This document shows, one piece after another, positions 58,156 to 64,000 of a stretch of 64,000 nt of DNA. Source of the DNA: an uncultured Chitinophagaceae bacterium (lineage in GTDB: Bacteria; Bacteroidota; Bacteroidia; NS11-12g; UBA9320); contig CAZTGZ010000001.1 of the NCBI GenBank assembly GCA_964613385.1, positions 105,836 through 169,835 on the forward strand, in the 5' to 3' direction. Positions within the stretch are counted from its first letter, which is position 1. Each line of letters starts with the position of its first letter. Below the pieces are notes generated by a model. It was not told the DNA's origin. It did not search any database and worked only from the letters and a program-made list of their open reading frames with translations. The translations under genes and the position numbers were made by a program.

Positions 58156-58739
58156 TGCGAAAATGGCTCTCCCTTCTGATTGTTTCGCTGTGTCTGAGCG
58201 CATGTAATCAACCGAATACGCGTTATCGCCATATTGTCTTGCAGCCTTTGGGGAAATTTAGTGTTACCGAGGCCGCGCATTTTCAAAAATGGTTGCCGGG
58301 GAGTGCAGTTGCACAGCCCATTGCCATTCCGAACCATTGTCTAAATGAAAAGAAATACCGCTATCGGGCAGATAAATTACTGGATTTCCTTTCTGGCATA
58401 TATGGAAAGGATACGCTGGTGGTTGGGCTCACACATTCGGATATCAGCGTTACCAAAGGTAAACATGCAGACTGGGGCATCATGGGATTGGCCCGAAAAC
58501 CGGGTAGCGTTTGCGTTATTTCCTCATTCCGACCCAAAAGAAACGGTCTCGGAAACCAGTTGCACAAAGTAGTTCTGCATGAAATCGGACATACCACCGG
58601 ATTGCCGCATTGCCCGGTGAAGAGTTGTCTGATGCGCGATGCGGAAGGAGGTATACCGCTCCCGGAAGAAAAGGAATTTTGTACCAAATGCGCGCAACAA
58701 ATCCGCAAAAGTGGTTGGAAGTATTCACCGTCTCTCTGA
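58155..58739 (+). CDS. archaemetzincin-like zinc metalloprotease (M54-like) lipoprotein
   Basis: Lipobox LSACNQ. HEIGHTTGLPHC followed by CLM and FCTKCAQQ gives the HExxHxxGxxHC ... CxxC archaemetzincin signature. The start overlaps the upstream stop. Confidence 0.7.
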   Translation: MRKWLSLLIVSLCLSACNQPNTRYRHIVLQPLGKFSVTEAAHFQKWLPGSAVAQPIAIPNHCLNEKKYRYRADKLLDFLSGIYGKDTLVVGLTHSDISVTKGKHADWGIMGLARKPGSVCVISSFRPKRNGLGNQLHKVVLHEIGHTTGLPHCPVKSCLMRDAEGGIPLPEEKEFCTKCAQQIRKSGWKYSPSL

Positions 58740-58831
58740 GGGCGTTCACCTATTTTTTTCAGGGCATTCACCTACTTTTGAAAACCTCTATGATTTAGTC
58801 GGCTCAACTTTGCTGTATAAATCAATAGAAA

Positions 58832-59575
58832 ATGAAACCACAACACAAATTTAATTATTGCATGAATCCACAATTTGAAAAACAACGGAGAAATGGCCGC
58901 ATTTGGGGCGGAATCCTGGTATTGGCTGTGGGTGTAACCTTATTGGTGAAAGCCATGGGCTACTATATGCCTGCCTGGTTATTTACCTGGCCTATGTTGC
59001 TCGTTTTGCTCGGAATCTATACCCTCGGCAAACATGGATTTACCAGATTAACCGGATTGCTACCGCTAACAGTAGGAAGCATCTTTCTACTCGAAAAAAT
59101 AGACCCGGGTTTGCACATTGGACAAATGGCCTGGCCTATTGTAATTATTGCAATTGGACTCGCCATACTATTTAAACCCAGAAAAAAATGGAGTCACGAT
59201 TGGAAAAACGTCAATATGGGCTCTGATATCAGCGGAGAGGATTTTTTACAAATCGAGAGCATATTTGGCGGGGTAGAGAAGAACATCCTGAGCAAAAATT
59301 TTAAAGGGGGGAATATCAATGTAGTGTTTGGAGGTGTGGAGTTAAATCTGATGCAGAGTGATATTCAGGGTACAGTTATAGTTGATATTCAGGCGGCCTT
59401 TGGTGGGGTTGAGATTACGGTACCTGCCAATTGGAAAGTCCAAAACGAAATTACAGCTGTTTTAGGAGGAATTGAGGATAAGCGCCCATTTTCAGATGAA
59501 GCGATGAACGGTGACAAAACCCTCATGCTCAAAGGCTCAGTTGTTTTTGGAGGGGTCTCAGTTAAGTCGTATTGA
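58832..59575 (+). CDS. LiaF-like membrane protein with C-terminal DUF2154-type beta repeats
   Basis: Four TM helices, then a repeated VVFGGVELNL / AAFGGVEITV / VVFGGVSVK beta-strand motif characteristic of the LiaF/YvqF C-terminal domain. Confidence 0.6.
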   Translation: MKPQHKFNYCMNPQFEKQRRNGRIWGGILVLAVGVTLLVKAMGYYMPAWLFTWPMLLVLLGIYTLGKHGFTRLTGLLPLTVGSIFLLEKIDPGLHIGQMAWPIVIIAIGLAILFKPRKKWSHDWKNVNMGSDISGEDFLQIESIFGGVEKNILSKNFKGGNINVVFGGVELNLMQSDIQGTVIVDIQAAFGGVEITVPANWKVQNEITAVLGGIEDKRPFSDEAMNGDKTLMLKGSVVFGGVSVKSY

Positions 59576-59579
59576 TGAC

Positions 59580-60590
59580 ATGAAATTTTCAGGAAGCTCA
59601 TTTGTGTTGCTACCGGTTATGGCTGCTATGATATTGTTCTGGCCGGGATTATACATAGTTACACAAATGAACTTTCCATTTCAAACCTTGATCGATGCAT
59701 TTTCCGGTGCATTTTACATGGCATTATTCAGTCTGGTTTTACATCATATTCTGAAGCGCTACCGACCAGCAACCCCAACTCTGATACTTTGGGCGGCCAT
59801 TTTATGTGTCATTTGGCTGCCATTGTCAGTTATTACAACCCGGGCTATAGTGGATGAAAGTTACGCGTACATCACAGCTTGGGAAACCTGGCCTTTGAGA
59901 TACGGATTGGCTGTTTTATTCACTGGCAGTTCGGCCCTGATTTCAGGCGTGTATAACGAACAGCGGCATTTGGCCAAAAGTTCCGAAAGAATCGGTGAAT
60001 TGTCTCATTTAGCCAAAGACGCAGAGCTGCACTCTTTAAGGCAACAGATGCAACCCCATTTTTTGTTCAATAGTCTCAACAGCATACATGCATTAACGGC
60101 CATAGACCCTCAGAAGGCATCAGAAATGGTATTGGTTTTAAGCGATTATCTGCGGGGAACCCTGGGCAAAGAGCATCGGCATATGCACAGCGTTGCGGAT
60201 GAAATAGAGAGCAGCCGATTATACCTGGAAATCGAAAAGGTCAGATTTGGCGACCGTTTGCAGGTGGCTTGGGAGCAGGAAGGCGATTTGAGTACCATGA
60301 AAGTTCCTTCGTTAATATTACAACCACTGGTAGAAAATGCGGTGAAACATGGATTGCGGCAGGTTCAGGGGGATGTTTGTGTTCAAATCAGCGTCCGGGT
60401 GAATCCGGCATCCGTCTGGTTTTGTGTTGCGAATCCGTATAGCAATGAGGTGGTTCAAAGTCCGAAAGGAGGTTTCGGACTGAAGGCCCTGAAGCGCAGA
60501 TTGTATTTGTTGTACGGGAGGGATGATTTGCTGAATATCAATACGAACAAGGAGAAATTTACCGTAGAAATGCTCATACCATCATCATGA
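59580..60590 (+). CDS. LytS/YehU-type sensor histidine kinase
   Basis: 5-6 TM N-terminus; the His_kinase (HisKA_3-like) H-box LRQQMQPHFLFNSLNSIHAL; HATPase_c (ILQPLVENAVKHG...GGFGLKAL). Start chosen at MKFSGSS, just after the upstream stop. Confidence 0.8.
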   Translation: MKFSGSSFVLLPVMAAMILFWPGLYIVTQMNFPFQTLIDAFSGAFYMALFSLVLHHILKRYRPATPTLILWAAILCVIWLPLSVITTRAIVDESYAYITAWETWPLRYGLAVLFTGSSALISGVYNEQRHLAKSSERIGELSHLAKDAELHSLRQQMQPHFLFNSLNSIHALTAIDPQKASEMVLVLSDYLRGTLGKEHRHMHSVADEIESSRLYLEIEKVRFGDRLQVAWEQEGDLSTMKVPSLILQPLVENAVKHGLRQVQGDVCVQISVRVNPASVWFCVANPYSNEVVQSPKGGFGLKALKRRLYLLYGRDDLLNINTNKEKFTVEMLIPSS

Positions 60591-61309
60591 AAGCACTGAT
60601 TGTTGACGATGAACCGCTGGCACGTCAGCATTTGGAAATGTGTCTGAAAAAAATTTCGGGGATGGAAGTGGTGGGCACGGCCGGAGATGGATTTGAGGCC
60701 CTCCAGCTGATGAAGGAAATACATCCCGATATCATCTTTCTCGACATCCAAATGCCGCGTATCAATGGCTTTGAGGTGTTGGAATTGCTGGAAGAGAAAC
60801 CGGCCATCGTATTTATCACCGCTTTTGACAGCTATGCCATCCGCGCTTTTGAAATGAATGCGGTGGATTATTTGTTGAAGCCATTTTCACAATCGAGATT
60901 GGAACAAGCCATACAAAAAGCTCAACAGCAGGTTTCATTGTCATCAGGGAATTGGATGAACCGGGAAAAAACACCCGAAGAACAGGGCAGGATTGTATTG
61001 AGGCATCAGGGAGATATCCGAATGATTCCGGTTCATCAGATATATTATGTTGAAGCCTATGATGATTTTGTGAAGATACATACGGAGAAGGAGACCTTTG
61101 TGAAAAAGCAAACCCTCAGTTATTACGAAACGAATTTGTCGACCGCCGGTTTTGTGCGTTGCCATCGCAGCTATTTGGTAAACACCCAATGCATTACAGC
61201 CATACACCACGTAAAGGGTGAAATCTGGGAAATCCGCTTAAAGAATGGTTATCATATACAGGCCAGCAAGCAGGGTTATGGAAGGTTAAGGGAGGGGATG
61301 GGATTTTAG
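60587..61309 (+). CDS. LytTR-family response regulator
   Basis: Receiver domain (MKALIVDDEPLARQHLE...DIIFLDIQMP) plus C-terminal LytTR DNA-binding domain (IPVHQIYYVEAYDDFVKIHT...). 4-nt overlap with the kinase gene. Confidence 0.85.
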   Translation: MKALIVDDEPLARQHLEMCLKKISGMEVVGTAGDGFEALQLMKEIHPDIIFLDIQMPRINGFEVLELLEEKPAIVFITAFDSYAIRAFEMNAVDYLLKPFSQSRLEQAIQKAQQQVSLSSGNWMNREKTPEEQGRIVLRHQGDIRMIPVHQIYYVEAYDDFVKIHTEKETFVKKQTLSYYETNLSTAGFVRCHRSYLVNTQCITAIHHVKGEIWEIRLKNGYHIQASKQGYGRLREGMGF

Positions 61310-61567
61310 GAAAAATAGATCTGGTGGAGAACTCAATGGAGATTTTACTTTTTATGGGGAAAAGCAAGTTAGAAATTAGTTGAAGCTGTTATCCATACCC
61401 TGGTAAGACGCGCTTATCAATAAGATGGACTAAGATCAATAGGGTAGAGTAGCCATGTTATAAGAATGTATCAGAGTCCCTTTCAAGTGACTCCAATAGA
61501 GAGAACGCCGTCATTTGTCATGGTGAGCTTTGTTTGGTTAAGCGTGTTACATAACGGTTTAGGGCTA

Positions 61568-61676
61568 CCCGAAGGGCGGGACTTTTACCACTCCCTTTAG
61601 CGATCTGGATGATTTGAAAAACTGATGTTTGAATAACATCAAAACTGCCTTTGAAACAGAAATCCCGCCTTTTGGG
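61568..61676 (+). other. candidate structured RNA element: a 14-bp long-range helix (CCCGAAGGGCGGGAC / GAAATCCCGCCTTTTGGG) enclosing a 7-bp hairpin
   Basis: Seen directly. Arm 61568-61582 pairs with arm 61659-61676, including two G·U pairs that are possible only in the plus-strand transcript. An internal hairpin TGATGTT-tgaat-AACATCA lies at about 61622-61640. The element sits in a 433-nt ORF-free gap. Confidence 0.35.
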
Positions 61677-61742
61677 TAGGTGCTTCCTGTAGCCGGGCTA
61701 TTATAATATTAGTAGGGTGATGGGTTCTATTAATTTGCATTG

Positions 61743-62783
61743 TTATTTTATCGTGTAGCTCACATTGCGTCCACTTCCTTGTTTTTCAATGAGTCCTTTG
61801 TGGAGCAACCCTGACAAAATGCGTTTTACGGTTGGTGCGGGTATCGCCAACTTTACGGCAATTTCTCCCGACTGGATGTTCGGACGGTATTGAATAATAG
61901 AATAAATTGATTTTTCTTTGACCGAAAGCTGTGTTTCCATTCCACTTTTTTGCAGTTTCGTCAGCAGTTGCGATTGGATATTTGACAAGCAATTCAAAAA
62001 GAACATTATCCAAACGGTTACATCTTCATTAGGGCGTTGTGCATGACAACTTCTAAGCACTTGATAATATTCGTTTTTTCGGTTTTCTACTTCGTGTTCA
62101 AAACTCACGTATTCTATCCATTTATATCCGTTTTTGAGCAGCAAAAGCGTTGAAATCAAACGGCTTAGCCTGCCGTTTCCGTCTTGAAATGGGTGAACGC
62201 TCAAAAAATCATAGACAAAAGACGCTACTTTGATTAACGTATGCACTTCCGTTTCGGAATTATACCAATTGAGCAAAGCCCTCATGGCCTCTTCGGTGGC
62301 AAATCCTGCTTCGGTAGTTTGAAAAATGATTTGTCTTGTGCCGTCAGGAAGTGAGGCTTCAACCGCATTGTTATGCAGCTTATAATTGCCTTTATGCCAT
62401 TTGTCTTTGGCACTATATTTCAACAAACAATTATGTAAATTTTTGATTTGGCTTTCGGTAATGCTGATGTTTTCATAAGATCCCGAAATCAAGTCCAGTA
62501 CTTCAAAATAACCGACTACTTCCTGCGAATCTCTGTCGGTAAGCTTAGTATTATCAATTTTTTGAAGTAATACATCAACTTCTTCATCGCTCATTCTGTT
62601 TCCTTCAATACGGTTTGAAGCCCCTACGCTTCTCACTGTAGCAATGCTTTTCAACTCTTTGAGGCTTTGTCCTTCTCTGCGTTCAATAGCTGTCCAATGG
62701 GCATCAAAACGGTCTAGTTCACTGATTAAGTTAATCAGCTTCCAATTAATTTTTACTTTTAAATTGTATACTTGGTTGTCCAT
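61743..62783 (-). CDS. Fic family protein (class II, N-terminal inhibitory helix) with C-terminal winged-helix domain
   Basis: Fic active-site motif HPFQDGNGRLSRL; inhibitory (S/T)xxxE(G/N) motif SNRIEGN in the N-terminal Fic_N region; C-terminal wHTH-like tail (IAVKLAIPAPTVKRILSGLLHKGLIEKQGSGRNVSYTIK). Confidence 0.85.
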   Translation of the reverse strand: MDNQVYNLKVKINWKLINLISELDRFDAHWTAIERREGQSLKELKSIATVRSVGASNRIEGNRMSDEEVDVLLQKIDNTKLTDRDSQEVVGYFEVLDLISGSYENISITESQIKNLHNCLLKYSAKDKWHKGNYKLHNNAVEASLPDGTRQIIFQTTEAGFATEEAMRALLNWYNSETEVHTLIKVASFVYDFLSVHPFQDGNGRLSRLISTLLLLKNGYKWIEYVSFEHEVENRKNEYYQVLRSCHAQRPNEDVTVWIMFFLNCLSNIQSQLLTKLQKSGMETQLSVKEKSIYSIIQYRPNIQSGEIAVKLAIPAPTVKRILSGLLHKGLIEKQGSGRNVSYTIK

Positions 62784-62785
62784 TT

Positions 62786-62857
62786 TGATACGATTTGATA
62801 CGCAAAGATACCGTTAAGATTTGAAACCGCATACAAAAAATGATACGATTTGATACG
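62786..62857. promoter_or_regulatory. two 17-bp direct repeats TGATACGATTTGATACG (62786-62802 and 62841-62857), each a tandem GATACG-ATTT-GATACG; putative operator/promoter of the Fic gene
   Basis: Seen directly. Copy 1 abuts the Fic start codon (complement of 62781-62783). On the minus strand a TATCTTTG (-7 TAnnTTTG-like) box lies between the two copies. Confidence 0.4.
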
Positions 62858-62967
62858 TTTAGATTTGATTATGAAACGAAAAATGTCATGGTTTTAGGTG
62901 GTGCGCTTGTCATGTTGTGGGTTTTCACACCTTGCGCTAGCGTGTTGAAGCTACCCGAAGGTGGCGT

Positions 62968-62983
62968 CCCGAAAGCTTTCGGG
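62968..62983. repeat. perfect 16-bp palindrome CCCGAAAGCTTTCGGG
   Basis: Seen directly. Self-complementary; 5' neighbour of the GCTACCCGAAGG motif shared with the 61564 region. Confidence 0.5.
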
Positions 62984-63039
62984 ATCGGAGCACAAATCTG
63001 TCTGCCAGCACAGAACTTGAATAGAACCACAAAGCTCCA

Positions 63040-63059
63040 ATCCCGATAGCTATCGGGAT
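63040..63059. repeat. perfect 20-bp palindrome ATCCCGATAGCTATCGGGAT
   Basis: Seen directly. A 19/20 near-copy, ATCCCCATAGCTATCGGGA, occurs at about 56894-56913 inside the membrane-protein CDS. Confidence 0.5.
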
Positions 63060-63117
63060 GCACGTCACCCCGCCTGAGGCAAAACCCGTGTTATAGCCAT
63101 TGGTTCTTGTCCTTTCG

Positions 63118-63981
63118 TTATTCAAATTCCACAGGTTCAAAAAATTGTCTGCCTAATGCATAAGATATCAATCCTTCATGCTGCAATCTTCCTATAATAA
63201 TAGCGGGATGGGTATTAAATTTTTCTGCAAATTCAATTACATCCTCTTCGGTAATTCTGAATCGTTGTAAAATTTCTTCTTGTTCTTCTTTTGAAAGTGT
63301 CCATTTAATGGCAAAGTTATCGGCTTCTTTTTCTTTCTGTTTGTCTTTCTCAGAATAGTCAATGTTCTCCAAGAAAATATCCTTTTTGCCATGTAGCAAA
63401 ATATGCCCTGCCTCATGAAAGAAAGTAAACCAAAAGCTGTCGATACGTTTGTAACGACCTGTTAATTGAATTAAAGGCGTATCGTTTATCCAACGGGTGC
63501 TACCATTGATTGGGGCTTTATTGATGCAAGGCGTATGTACCACTTTTACACCTGCTTCCAAACAAACTTGTTGCAATTGCTTGAAGAAATTATTAGGATG
63601 CTTTGCCATAATGCTTTTAATCTCGGGCAATGCTTCTTTAAAATCTTTTTCTTCATAGGGTTTGGTTGGCAATTCGGCTGCTTGCAGTTCGCCTTTACGC
63701 AACCATGCAGAAATGGCATAAGGTTCTTTGGTATGTGCCAACGAAATACGGAACGCTACTTTTAGTTGCTGCTTGAAATAGTAATCTTCCCAAGCGTAAT
63801 GATTACTGATACTGAAAAACGCCAACAGTTCTGATGTTTTTTCTTCGATAGTGGTTTTAGCCGGTAGCCAACCTTTTTTTACCATGTCAGGAATAGGGAA
63901 ATTTCTTGCCCAATCGGTTGATTCTGCCAACAGTTCCTGACGTTCTTCACGGGCAATATATTCATCATAGCTTCGCTGCAT
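63118..63981 (-). CDS. ImmA/IrrE family metallo-endopeptidase (DUF955); N-terminus may continue beyond the window edge
   Basis: HExxH in FTFFHEAGHILLHGKKDIF with the downstream acidic motif (EKEADNFAIKW) typical of ImmA/IrrE. The reading frame stays open from 63981 to the window end, so the true start (possibly an XRE-type HTH domain) may lie outside the window. Confidence 0.7.
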   Translation of the reverse strand: MQRSYDEYIAREERQELLAESTDWARNFPIPDMVKKGWLPAKTTIEEKTSELLAFFSISNHYAWEDYYFKQQLKVAFRISLAHTKEPYAISAWLRKGELQAAELPTKPYEEKDFKEALPEIKSIMAKHPNNFFKQLQQVCLEAGVKVVHTPCINKAPINGSTRWINDTPLIQLTGRYKRIDSFWFTFFHEAGHILLHGKKDIFLENIDYSEKDKQKEKEADNFAIKWTLSKEEQEEILQRFRITEEDVIEFAEKFNTHPAIIIGRLQHEGLISYALGRQFFEPVEFE

Positions 63982-64000
63982 ATTCAGCCAAAAGTGGGCA

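Noticed and set aside
61640-61700. Possible SRP (4.5S-like) RNA: the reverse complement contains CCGGCUACAGGAAGCACC, loosely resembling the domain IV GGAAGCAGCC motif
   Set aside because: Only a partial match. The flanking sequence does not form the conserved symmetric/asymmetric loops, and the GNAR tetraloop context is absent.
62786-62870. Plus-strand TAGATTTG (62860 region) as a Bacteroidota -7 box driving antisense transcription toward the ImmA gene
   Set aside because: It matches the TAnnTTTG consensus, but no -33 TTTG at appropriate spacing and no downstream plus-strand ORF. Noted only as a possibility within the operator finding.
1-64000. CRISPR arrays, rRNA genes, transposases/IS elements, riboswitches upstream of metG/acs/pnuC
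   Set aside because: No regularly spaced direct repeats, no rRNA-like conserved stretches, no transposase-like ORFs, and the relevant upstream regions are too short (under 40 nt) to hold riboswitches.

Overview
This 64 kb window looks like a chromosomal segment of a Bacteroidota (Bacteroidetes) genome. That call rests on three observations: T9SS C-terminal sorting domains on two secreted proteins, Bacteroidetes-type -7 'TAnnTTTG' promoter motifs, and the DUF4292/M23/TPR envelope cluster.

Most of the window is ordinary housekeeping and envelope content:
- Translation and nucleotide metabolism: metG, tRNA-Phe(GAA), tsaB, dut, radA, trxA, acs, pnuC.
- A two-gene NAD-linked formate dehydrogenase: a fused NuoE/NuoF-like subunit plus a Cys-type FdhF-like molybdopterin subunit.
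- A six-gene minus-strand operon encoding an HdrD/DsrK-like CCG protein, a fused cytochrome-b-like membrane/2x[4Fe-4S] protein, a small membrane protein, a DUF962 (Mpo1-like) protein and TsaB.
- Cell-envelope functions: an MBOAT O-acyltransferase pair, a Wzx-like flippase, dut-nucleotidyltransferase-TPR-DUF4292-M23, a run of secreted peptidases (S41, M49-like, M28), an ExbB-ExbD-ExbD module and a polyprenyl synthetase.
- Signalling: a TPR-sensor class III adenylate cyclase, a hybrid histidine kinase next to a GH3 protein, and a LiaF-like/LytS/LytTR module.
- Accessory-looking patches: (i) a small island directly 3' of tRNA-Phe with three signal-peptide hypotheticals, a DUF4386 membrane protein and a RelE/ParE toxin-antitoxin pair; (ii) the right end of the window, where a class II (autoinhibited) Fic gene sits between two large structured non-coding regions and an ImmA/IrrE metallopeptidase gene.

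The two non-coding regions are the most unusual signal. They share an ordered set of motifs (TGTCATGG ... AGCGTGTT ... GCTACCCGAAGG), contain perfect palindromes built on TCCCG/CGGGA (one with a near-copy 6 kb away inside a coding region), and carry tandem GATACG direct repeats abutting the Fic start codon. All protein assignments come from motif recognition in the supplied translations; no database search was possible.
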